Shown here: one piece after another, positions 1 to 11,661 of the stretch
Position numbering within the stretch: the first letter of the stretch is position 1
Layout: each line of letters starts with the position of its first letter
DNA from: Trichoplax sp. H2
Lineage: Eukaryota
Assembly (NCBI GenBank): GCA_003344405.1
Contig: NOWV01000020.1
Span: 372,001-436,000, forward strand
DNA: 64,000 bases
Direction of reading: 5' to 3'
Program-made: the position numbers and the translations under genes
The notes under the pieces: generated by a model
What the model was told of the DNA's origin: nothing
Databases searched by the model: none
The model's input: the letters and a program-made list of their open reading frames with translations, nothing else

Positions 1-25
1 AATGAAAAAACGGAACAAGAATTCA

Positions 26-3000
26 CCTCTTCCTGATATCTTTTCAATTTTGCCGTTCGAGCTAGTTTAATAAATTCGTCCCATCCCTGAATAATTGCTC
101 TGAATGTTAAAGAATTATTTATTTATTAATTTACAAGAAATAATTAACTATTTTGAAATTGTTATGATGAGAGCAGCCATTCATAATTACGATGTTTACA
201 CTTTGACATATACTGACTTTGCTATGATGAAATTAATCTTCTGTTATTACGATATTTATATTTAACTTATGCTAAAGTTTGCGATATGATAAAATCAATC
301 TTATGGTATTGCGATATTTATACTGTAACCCGCGATAAACTTTATAGTATGATAATAGCAATCTTACGATATCGCGATATTTATATTTAGCCAATGTTAA
401 ATTTTGTCATAATAAAATCGTACTGCATATCATTACGATATTTGTACCTTAATCCTTACTATACTTTGTCATATGATAAAAGCAATCTTATATTATTATT
501 TATATACTGTAACCCATGCTAAAGCTTGTTGTGACATAATCAATTTTAAGTTATTATGATATTAATACTATACATTAACCCAAGCCAAACTTTAACATAT
601 GATAAAATTAATTTTAAGTTGTTACGATATTAATACTTCAACCCAGGCCGAATTTTAACATATGATAGAATTAATTTAAGTCATTACGATATTTATACTT
701 TAACCCATGTTAAATTCTGCTAAGCTAAAATTAATGTTACGCCATTACAATATCTACATATACTGTAACCTATGCTAAACTTTATCATACGATTAAATTA
801 ATCTTTAGTTACCTATTAGCGATTCCACCCGAAGTTGAAACGACCAGAGGTTCGACATATTTGTTTCGATTAAATAATTTATTATAATACGATTTCTTCT
901 TTATAGGAGATGTTTCTGTTTTGATAACAACTGCCTGTAATGGAGTTGTATTCTCAGGTTGATTATCATCCGTTGAGCCTCTATTGATTTGAATTCTTTC
1001 ACTACGCAGAGTAATGAAATTGAAAAGGTCGAAATTTAATTTATACTCTCCAATGTTATTTTAAGTTTTAGAAACTACGGATAATCCTAAATTAGAAAAC
1101 TTCAAAAGCAGGCGTGAGAGTATTTATTACGATTAATACTTCACATATTATGCTAATAACTCTATTTTGGAATAGTTCTTAAGATCTCATGCTCGTTGAT
1201 ATTGACTACTGTACACCGGATAACAAGTTGAAGCAAGTGCTAATGTTTTTAGGGGTAAAGAGAATCCTCCTATCTATCGGGTTATTCGAAGCTAGGAATT
1301 AAAACTTCCAGAATTCACTCATCGAATCAAATCGAATCAATTAGTCAAATCGGAAAATAGATGTTACTGACTAGTAACAAAACACAAAAATAATTCAAAA
1401 CTGATGTGTTACTAAACAGTAGCAAGATCAAGACTAACCCAAGCTCTTCAATCTACCAGCACACCAGCTGTAATTTCTACAGGCTTTTGCACGCAATTTA
1501 TTCTCTAAAGTATAGCACATGAAGAAATAGCTAGTTGAACTAAATTATACTACTGGATATAAGGAACTGTATCTAAATGTTGATTGTTAGCGCTAACGTT
1601 AGCTATTACATCAGCAATGAATAACATGACAGGTGCAAAATAATCTCAAAGACTTTGAAGGTTAGCGACTGTAATTTCATGATAGTGATGAAGAATATGA
1701 ATTAGGAATTAATACCTTATGATTTGTGTTCTATAGCAATTTTCAATATTACGTACTAGCATGAATTTTATAGTACATGAATATGTTATAGGTGGGTTTT
1801 CTAGCAAGCTATTGATTGGAAGTTTTTCTGAGATTTGTACAAGGTACGAAATTAAATTAAATCTGTTAAAGAACAAAAATTATAGGATAAAACATTTTTA
1901 GATGTCTCTTAATGAGATGCTGTCCATATCATATGCATATTTATATACATTGTATATACATATACATATATATTTATCGATAGATAGACTTAAAATGTAG
2001 ATAAATTTCCTCAAATAATTCATATATGGTAGTATGGAAGAAATCTTTCATTGATCTATTTCTTGCAATATTCTCGCATATATCACTAGACTGCAAAGGG
2101 ATTTTCTTAAAGGGTTCAATAATGTAAAATCTATATATGGTAGAACAGAAGCAATAAATCACATTTGTAATATTCTAGTATGCAGATAATGTGGAAGGAT
2201 TTTCCCTTATAAAGATTTAGTAACGGGAAATTCATAAATGGTAGAGCACAAGCAATCCCTCATTGATTCCCTTTTCGCAAAATTCTCGTATATACAGTAC
2301 TGCAGATATTGTGGGAAGATTTTCTCAAAAGATTCAATAACATGAAATTCATAAAAGTAAATGGTAATACGCAAGCAATCCTTCTTGGATTCCCTTTTTT
2401 GCAATACTAGGATAAAACTATGCTCTAATACTTACTCTGTCCTGACTGCAATGCAGATTAAACTCTTCTTGAAATTCTTTAGTATTTTTTCACCTTGTTC
2501 TTTTCTTTGAATAATAGTATCGTTGATGGAATAGATAATATCGCCAACTTTAAGCGGACTCTGTTCTGCTAAACTCCTCGATGTAATCTGTAGCAATCAA
2601 GTTGTAAATTCATTATTAACAAGAAAGCAGCAGGGTATTTTCCACATTATACACAACATCAATGAGTTACCCTAAATCGTCTATTAATTATAGAAGAGTC
2701 AATTTGAAAATAGAAATAACAACATACATAAGAAATATAGACGATGTGATCTTCATTTTCTCCCAAAACGAGGCCATAGCCACGTTTTCCTCCACGTAAT
2801 AAAAGAGTTCTAATATTATTTAAGTCTTTATTCAAGCCTAGAGCCATTTTGGTTTTAGGTGCAATTTCTCGAATTAATTGTTGAAATGTTTGACGACTTT
2901 GAGCATCATCATAGCTTGATATCATAATGTCTTCAGGTTTAATGACATTTTTCTCCTTCTCTTCTGCTGGATCGCTTGGTACCCAACCCTGGATAAGATT

Positions 3001-4025
3001 TTTACTTTTTCCTTCACCATCAGGTGATTTAGATAACGATTTAATAGCCCTAGTATGCCGAATTAATTCTTTTCTTTCCAAAACGATATCTCGCATACTT
3101 TTTTTCGAAGTTTTGCTGCTATTACTGTCTGATTCTGTACTAGCTGGTTGTTGTTTTGGGGGAAGTTCAACCAGTTCATCGACTAATTTTCGAAAGCGAG
3201 GGCTATAGGAATTTAATCCTGTTACTGCGTTAACAACGTCTTCATCTTCTGATGGCTTGCTTTTATTTTCGCTCAGTGATGATACTTCCCTTGTGGTGGA
3301 AATGACTTTTGTAACTTCTTGACTTTGATGTACAGATTCTTCTTGGCGCGATAATATCGAGCTATTGATTTGATATTGGTCATTTTCTTGCGTGGTTGTA
3401 CTCACACCATCCGCTATGGGTTGCTTCTCGTCCAGGTTAGATAGATCCATCGATGTATTTTCAGGTACTATTTGGCTTGGTGTTGTTGTAATTTTAACAT
3501 CTTCTTCTGTAGTTTGAACTGATTTCTTCTCCACATTGGTTAAAGTATTGGAGAAAAGCGAATTCTTGCTGTTGATTTCATCCACTATTGCCAACTTAGT
3601 GGGTGAGATATCAGTGCCATTTTGATCAGCTAATTTATGCCGTTCTTGGACAGTAAGACATTCTTCCGTTTGGTATTCCATTTTAGTAATGATAACTTCC
3701 GTTTTAACCGTTTCTGTTCTTTGGATAACTTGTCTTTGGACTTGTACAGTATCGGAATCATGATTTTTATCTTTCGCAGTTCGGATTTCGGTCTGTTCGA
3801 CAGGTAAATTCGTTACTACTGAAATGTTATCGCCTGTCAATAAATCAGTTGGAACGATGGCATGGATTCCATTTTGTAATATTTGTTCCTTTTGCTTAGT
3901 AGCAGTTAAATTTTGAATTTCATCGGCTAACTGATTATTTTCCATCTGATTTCCATTTTGTAGATGATGATCATGTACAGGTGATTGATCCATTGGTTGC
4001 TTTAAAATTACTTTCGAAATTTTCC
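26..4025 (-). CDS. PDZ-domain protein with long low-complexity N-terminal region (3' end probably continues beyond the window)
   Basis: Phase-compatible GT-AG exons at about 4025-2728 (likely ATG 3993, MDQSP), 2587-2436, 1001-813 and 99-26. The spliced product reads IRTLLLRGGKRGYGLVLGENEDHIVYISY|ITSRSLAEQSPLKVGDIIYSINDTII, a PDZ signature (GYGL loop; A..LKVGD.I.SIN). The ORF-track start at 4182 is probably intronic read-through. Confidence 0.75.
160..808. repeat. Degenerate intronic tandem array, about 58-60 bp unit, about 11 copies
   Basis: Recurring ttacgatatttatact..taacc..gctaaa..ttt..atatgataaaatcaatctta roughly once per 60-bp line. Confidence 0.85.
2005..2410. repeat. Degenerate intronic tandem array, about 100-125 bp unit, about 4 copies
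   Basis: Recurring aattcata.atggtag..ca.a(g)caatc..tcattgat.c..tttc.gcaa.attctcg near 2017, 2130, 2230 and 2347. It explains the mutually similar ORFs 1974-2162 and 2207-2404. Confidence 0.8.
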
Positions 4026-4184
4026 CTATGCAAAGTAAATTGACCATTAATATGTTAGCGTTTGCTACAGCTGAAAGTATTTCTTCAGTCTTTCCTACAC
4101 TAGACTTGAATACTAATTTATGATTAACAGTCACAGATGCCATTACATATAATGAGAAATGATCCACTAAAATGAAGGCCATAC

Positions 4185-4832
4185 ATCTCTTATATTTACA
4201 GTATTAATGAAGACTTAATTCTGTTTCACTGAGCAAATTTCAAGACTACGTTATCGACAGTATACGATGGTCAGATAGTTTTCTTTATTTAAGCCTTTTG
4301 GAATAGGATAATCTTAGAGAGCTCAACAAAATGTTACTAGAAGGAAGGAATACTTTATGTTGTCTATGATTAAAATTAGAATCAATTTAACGGACTTTAC
4401 TTCTTTAACTTTATATTAGATCATAACTAAAACTCTTGTAGAATCTTTTCTAAACTCGATTTGAAAGCTAAATTAGAACGATAATGGGATACAGTCGCAT
4501 AGGATGAGAAATGACCAACTAGAATGGAAGCAATGTGTCTCTAATATCTACAGTATTAATGAGAACTTTATTCTTGGAGGGCTTAATAAGATATTGCTCG
4601 AAGGGATAGAAGGAAAACATTGAGTTGTCTATGATTAAAGTGGACTGATTTGAACAGACTTTTTCAAGCTTACACTAGATCATAGCTATAACTTTAACCT
4701 TTTCTTAATTCGATTTGAATGGTAAGCTACTTTAAAAGATAATGGATGAATTGTATGGAACTCATATGAGATAGTATTAGCTAGAGTTAAGCCAATGCAT
4801 CTCTAAAATCAACAGGATTAATGAAAGGCTTA
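4185..4832. repeat. Degenerate local duplication (about 350 bp period, partial third copy)
   Basis: catctct.atat.tacagtattaatga at about 4185, 4536 and 4798, with shared downstream gttgtctatgattaaa and tagatcata.cta segments. Confidence 0.7.
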
Positions 4833-5149
4833 ACTAGAGTCCAAAACCATGCGATCGATAAGACAAGACGGTTAAAAATTTTTCCTTCATTGATGCATCT
4901 TACTAAAGGATAGTAAACAGGATAAATCTTTTAGACCTTATTAGTAGCAATTGCGAAAGTACCATGACGTAGTGATAAATGAATTAGTCAAGAATTATTT
5001 TTAGTATATTGAAAAAATTAAACCGCGATCAATCTATTCTTGCTAGCAGCTAGAAAAGATTAACTTAAATGCTAGCAAAGTAAGCTAATCTTGGATAAGT
5101 GCCTTCTAAGTACTAAGAAATTTTCAATGTATATTTGCGATATGAGGTA

Positions 5150-6500
5150 TCTTTTGCCTGTCTATAAGACTATGCCTTCTTGACCATTTCTGCACCATCA
5201 AATTTTCTAACTTCATGATCTCATTAGTAATTTAGATTGCTATCAGTACAGAATTTCTCAGGCTAGAATCAACATTTACTGCAGTGGCCATGCTACGGTA
5301 CTACCATGAGGATGATTTATTGGATGCAAATATCTATCGTGGCCTACTGTGTTGAAGATTTATTTAAGCAGTTATAATTTATGCATAAATACAGCTATTA
5401 ATTGCTTAGCTTGTTACTGATCTTATTCCACCTGGATTGAATTAGATATGGAGAAAAAGTTGCCATGTATAAGAATCAGCATTTATTGAATTAGCTCAGT
5501 GAACTATCTGTTCGTGATTATGCTAGATTTTAAATGTTCGTGGAATAGCTTACTCCGGGGTCATTAGGCAACATACTGGCCCTAAAAATGTTCCTGCTGC
5601 TTTTACTATCACAATAGCTACAGTGGTGGCGCTAGCTGGAATAATGATTACAATTTAATCATCATAAAGTCGAATGTCAAAGGCTTACTGTAGGCAGTAA
5701 AGCAAACTGGACAGAATGTCAGAGATTTTATAGATGGCTACCACTGCAGTGATGCAAGGAGCCTTTTTCGATAGTAATATCTAATCCCTCAATTATTATT
5801 TCATAGGTCTCAATTCTATCACTCAGGTGCTGTCATTTCTATTATAGATTAATATATGGCCATGAATCCCTCGAGAAGGGCTAAAACTGATTAGCAACGA
5901 ATAATATTTCATATCCAAATTTTGTAAAGGTGTATGTTAAGGAATATTAAGATTGTGACTAGACTGGAAAAGAAGCGATAGGTGGATGCAAATACACGAG
6001 ATGAACATCAATACTAGTAGAATAGGAAGGAATATTTTCTATCTGCATTATTTCTGCATGATGGCAACATCTGTTGCTGCAATAACTATAGCCTATTCAT
6101 CACTCATGAGTAAAATAGAACATAATTTATTACCAATGATCTCTTCAATTGGATAGCGAGACTGAGATTGGAATCCGTTATGGCTACAGTAGAAGCGATG
6201 GAATGGATATTATTCAGTAGCAATTTCTCACTTTTACCTTATCAATGGATTCTTGACCAACCTGACCTAGCAGGGAAACACAGCAATTTCTAGTTTCTAA
6301 TTAAAAGAAAATCTTGATTTAATTTCTGGATTTGTCAGTATAAAGACGTTCATCTTATTCAGTTGAAATGATAGAAATGAAGAAGGAAATCCTTCTTGAT
6401 GGAAATGTTCGTCATAGGGTCATGTAGTCTACCGTACTTACTTTGGATAGGAGTTGATTGAAGTAGTTAAATTCTTTAATTTAGTGATGATGACGATGAT
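5150..6500 (+). pseudogene. Possible decayed cation/Ca2+ exchanger (CaCA, SLC24/SLC8B-like) relic
   Basis: Stop- and frameshift-interrupted hydrophobic fragments in an order resembling the alpha-1/alpha-2 halves: STEFLRLESTFTAVAML; LAQ*TICS..ILNVRGIAYSGVI; PAAFTITIATVVALAGIMITI; MATSVAAITIAYSSLM; RLESVMATV; GNTAISS; MFVIGSCSLPYLLW. Similarity judged by eye only. Confidence 0.3.
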
Positions 6501-7276
6501 AATTTACTGACTTATAGTTAAGTTCTACGCTATTAAAATGTTCTTTTCTCGCTTACATCGGCAAGGATAATTAGATTGTATTCTTGCTATAGCTAAAACA
6601 CCCTAAACAAGGCCATCAAAATAAAACGTTAACAATGGTGAAAATTAGTCAGCATAGCTCAAGTAAGACTGTTATTTTATTTTCTTCTCTTACCCCCCTT
6701 GATATTTTGTCTGGCTGTAAACTAGAAAACAATTAATTGTATCAAGGATGGGCAAAGTTAATTCTATCATCAATAGCATTCAATTTTATAAAGGTAGTGG
6801 TTAAATTGATTGACACTTTGAAGAATAGGCGAGAAAGCAGCTAATGAATACATATGTAAATGGATTGGATAGCAGACAATACAATTCTTCTTCACTTTAG
6901 AATAGAGCAATCGACGAATGTAGTGATAATTTTATCGTTAATGTTAAATACTCGAAATCATTCTCAATTGATTTCCTTCCTTTTCTAATCTTACGTATCC
7001 ATCATAGTTAAAAAAATGATGGTTATATTGAGCAATATTAATTAGGCAAAAAGGGGGAAATGGTGGGACAGCCCATTCCCGGCAGGAAAATCACTACCTT
7101 GACTCTGGTCGATAAAAAATAGTTTAATTTAATGGAAAGCTTTCATTAATTATATTATCGTGACTTAGCAATAGGCAATTGGTAATTATGAATGTATTTG
7201 AGATTTTAAAATCTTATTCACAGCAGTAGTTGCCTATAAGGTTAAGAACATGACGCTTTAAATCTCCCGTCGATAA

Positions 7277-7372
7277 TTTCCGACTTAAGCACTTAAATCA
7301 TCCTACGATGAGATAATAAAATTCTTTCCGACTTAAGCACTTAAATCATCCTGCGATGAGACAATAAAATTC
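7277..7372. repeat. Recent 48-bp tandem duplication (2 mismatches)
   Basis: tttccgacttaagcacttaaatcatcct(a/g)cgatgaga(t/c)aataaaattc at 7277 and 7325. Confidence 0.95.
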
Positions 7373-7533
7373 TTTCAGGGAAACTCTTAGGTCTAGGAGA
7401 CGATAGCTAAATAAATTGTTGCTATATGCATTTCAGTGCCTATCTTGGACAAGTAAATAAGTAACGTTTAGAAATTATTCCTTCTATTAGTTGACTGTTT
7501 ATTTTCTATTTCGCTGCAATGGTTAAAGCTAGA

Positions 7534-8265
7534 TATCCATTCCTCTATTTTACCTCCATATCAAGATATCCTTATTTCATCCCTTTTGAATTACCTCATC
7601 TTAGCATAAGAAAGTTATCTTAATCCCATAGAAATCACTTGCTAGCCTAAGTTTTAATTAAAGTTAAATATCCACACCTCTATTTCACCTTCATATCAAA
7701 ATATTCCAATTTCATCCCTTTTGGATTATATCATTTTAGCATAAACATTTATTGAATCTCATAGAAAACATTCCCTAGCTAAAATTTTAATTAAATTAAG
7801 TGTCTATTCCTCTATTTTACCTCTACATCAAGATATTCGTACTTCATTGCTTTTGAGTTACATCATCTCACGCATAGAAAAGTTATTTTAATCCTATAGA
7901 AATCATTCACTGGCTAAAATTTTAATTGGAGTTAAATGTCCATTCCTCTATTTCAATTCCATATCAAGATATCTATACTTTATCCCTTCTTGGATTACAT
8001 CATCTTAACATGATAAGGCTATTTTAATTCCATGATAAACATCCACTAGCCTATAGTTTAATGTACCCTAATAAAAAATCTACCTAGGTTCATTTAACAA
8101 GGACTACAAAATGTCTTATTCCATCAGATCATTAAATTACTAGATCAATATTAGATGGCCATTCCTCTGATTTTACCTCTTCATAAAGAGATATCTGCAT
8201 TGATCCCTTTTTAGATTACATCATCTTAGCTTAACAAGTTATTTTAGTCATCTCTAGCCCAAATT
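7534..8265. repeat. Tandem array, about 134 bp unit, 4 copies plus a displaced 5th
   Basis: tatccattcctctattttacctccatatcaagatat...catccctttt.gattacatcatcttagcata at about 7534, 7668, 7801, 7937 and 8158. Confidence 0.9.
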
Positions 8266-9525
8266 TCTGCGTTTACTGCTACAAAATCTATCTTTGTGCT
8301 TTTGGAAGACAATTAAAATATTTTATTTCATTAGACGATTAAATATTTACTTCTTTCTACTCAATAATGGAATTTTATTATACATTCCTTAATTCGAGCT
8401 TGATCAAAATAAAAAATAATCTTATTCTATATTCCCAGAGATTTAATCATTTTTTGTTGATGCTCTTTCTATCATTTTTCTATCAATTACTGTATCTCGC
8501 TATATATTTATACGATCCGTATCCATACTGTATATTATAACAAGACATATATATCTTTAAAGACTAGTAAGAAATTTTACATAACGCCTTGTCCTATTAC
8601 ATGTATTATATAAAATTTTATCATACTAATGCTAAAGATAGATAAGCATGCAATGCCGTTTTCCCCTTTTAAATTTGTCAGTGTGGAATGAAATCTTTTC
8701 GTTTATGAATGTGCTGTCTTAATCCGCAGTAAATTATAGCCGGTGTGTCCTGGCAAGGAATTTGACTATTCTATATTGCAATGTTTAGCTTAATAAACGT
8801 TATTAAGTAGCTAGAAAACTCATTTACCAACAATTTTCCAGTCTATTCCATGGCAAATTTCTTCTGTCGGCTTATAGAAGTTCGATGGATACGACGATCA
8901 CATATTCATATGCATTGCTCTATTTCCTATTGATCAACGCGTGAAGATACGGTAGCTACTTACAATTAGGTTAAAATGGGGTCTAGATTTATAGTATTAA
9001 CTTCTCAATTTGGAGTATTGGATGATCGGAGTATCCATTATAATTACAAAACTGATCCTATTTACTGCAACTGCGATGGCTGATTGATCATGGGCATCAT
9101 TACCGAGTTCTTCTCAGCCTATAATTCTCATAGAACGACGGATTATAGATCAATTATCCAAGGGTAAATTCTGTTAATAAAGAAGTATCCACGATGTTTA
9201 CATTCTTTTTTTAGCATCGATTCACAGTTACGCATTCTTTCATCCTCTTTCCATCTATGTGTGATATTAATTTGCTTTGCTTTAACCTATTAATATCGTC
9301 TTTAAATGGTCCCTTCTGTTTACTCTTATCACTCCACTTTTTATTATACCGCATCTATCATAAATTCGAGAGGATTGGTCTCTCTGTCCACACCTCGCTA
9401 CTGGGTGGGAATATGGGCTGGAGAAAGCAGAACACTCCTCCAAATATTGATACTATCAAAAAATTCCATTCTCGTATGCTCTCTGTAGTTTTAAGCATTG
9501 TGCAACGTTTGTACATTCGGGTAGC

Positions 9526-10232
9526 ATCTCTTGTCCACTCTTGTATAATCTGCATACTACAGGTTGGTTTATTTAATTAGATGAAATGTAATTAAATGAT
9601 AGTATTGCATTGATCATCGAAAAAGTTTGGCTATTTTTTATCTACCCCATATTGAAATATATCCGACATTATCTTGTGTCCAGTCATGTATAATCTGCAT
9701 GCTACAGGTTGGTTTATTTAACTAGATGAAATGTAATTCAATAATGGTATTTCATCGATCAAGAAAAAGTTCGGTTATTTTTATTTATGCCATATTGAAA
9801 TATGAGCAGATAAATTATTATACAACCTACCTATATCCGATACTATCTTGTATCCACTTCTCTATAATCTGCATATTACCGGCCGTTTTTACGTAAACGT
9901 AAGCACGCTACCGGCCGATTTATTTAATAAGATGAAATGTAAATCAATGATAATATTTCATTGATCTTGTAAACAATTTCAGCTATTTTTATCTTTGCCA
10001 TATTGAAATATGAGTAGATGACACCACCAGTATAATTATTAAATATGTTACTTTCTAAATGAAAAAATAAATTGAAGTTGTCTAATGTATTCAATGATTG
10101 ATAAATTGGGTTGATAGCATTATCTTCTCAGATCTGCGTACAAAAATAGCCAAAATCGTTTCTATGATCAACGAAATACCATCATTTACTTATTTTTCAC
10201 CTAGTTAACAGATTGCGTTATCTACTCATGTT
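9526..10232. repeat. Tandem array (about 145-175 bp, 3 copies) followed by an inverted partial copy
   Basis: tataatctgcat.ctacaggttggtttatttaa.tagatgaaatgtaa in units starting about 9526, 9671 and 9845. 10142-10208 resembles the reverse complement of 9719-9781. Confidence 0.85.
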
Positions 10233-10237
10233 TAAAA

Positions 10238-10838
10238 AATTAAGCTCCTTTTGCTAAAACCCGAACTGATAATTGAACGATGTTGGAGTTTTAGATCTAT
10301 TTTTGAATTATGTTGGAAATCGAATCTCGATACTGTAATTGAATTAAGTGTAATCTATGCTTGTTTCCTTTAGTAATAGCGAAATATTAAAACCCTTTCG
10401 TATCAAGGTAACTGCCGATGATTGAGCGACATAAGAATTCACAAATCTAATTCTATAGAGTACAGGAAATGCAATTTCAATATTATGATTTAATAATGGT
10501 TTAGCTATGCCCGTTTCTATCAGCAATATAGCAAATATTAAGCCCTTTTTATATCACGAATCTAGCTGATGTTGGGACAACGTAAGGGCTGGTAGACCTA
10601 TTTTCTGAAGAGTGCAGGGAATTGAGTTTTAATATTATGAATCAATAGCGCTTTATCTTTGCCTATTGGTAATGTAGCGAAGTATTAAACCCCTTTAGCC
10701 ATGGCCTGAGCTGATTGAACGATATAGGAGTTTGTAGATTTATTTCTGAAATATGTTGAAAACTGAATACGAATACTGTAATTGAATTAGGTTTCAGTTA
10801 TGTTTGTTTCTGTTATTAACGTAGCAAAATATTAAATT
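10238..10838. repeat. Tandem array, about 148 bp unit, about 4 copies
   Basis: attaa.cccttt...ctgat.attgaacga.ata.gagttt.tagatctattt recurring at about 10239, 10386, 10537 and 10684. Confidence 0.8.
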
Positions 10839-11661
10839 AACTGCCAGTACTGGCATTAATAAAATTTTTATTCAGGCATCTTCGTTAACTCATTGATCTA
10901 CGCGTAGACATTAATTCAGTCTCCTAGCTTATTTATCAAGAAATTAGTTCTTGCAGAAAGCCCATCCATGCGTGCTTTTTCCGAGTCTCCTCCACGACCT
11001 CATTAATCAGCAAGATTGCTTGTAAGCAACTATTTAAGATAACTCAGTCAATAAATAAAATGCTTAAACCAATCAAGGTTAATTATAGTGCTTTTATTTG
11101 CTAAGCTATGAACATTAGGCAGCGATTTATAACAAAAAATAGAATCGGAGCTAAATTTTGATTAAATTAGAATGATTGAAAGCATATTTTAATGAATAAG
11201 AGTGTATTTGTAAACATATCGCTCATAAATAAAACATTGATATTATATGATAGATTACGATGAATATGATTTGATGTTTTCTTACTTTCCTTGCTTGGCT
11301 ATAAGCGTAACAGTCATCGATGCGAGATATTGTATTAATCTTGACTATAAATTAAGTGTTTCATGCTTGTTTATGTAATGCATAGGTGTTTCTTACGATA
11401 CAGATGGTGTTTTTGTAAAATTGTGTTCAATTTTTGATTTTCATTTGAGTAACGTGTTAAGATTGGAGACAGGTGAAGTTTACATGCTTAGAATACCACT
11501 AAGTAAGATAGAACTTCCAGCTAAATAGTGGCTGTCTTCTGTATACTCAATAACGAAATTTCACATAGAATAGCATTAAATAAAGTGGAACTAAGGCTGA
11601 GTAGTGGCTATCTTTCTTTATATAGTCAATAATGAAATTCCACGTATGGATTGATCTATTT

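Noticed and set aside
1974..2404. Two similar 62-65 aa ORFs as paralogous small proteins
   Set aside because: They are translations of an intronic tandem repeat.
8830..9580. Overlapping ORFs and minus-strand splice-like sites as a gene
   Set aside because: Frames contain stops, the ORF ends overlap a repeat, and no domain is recognisable.
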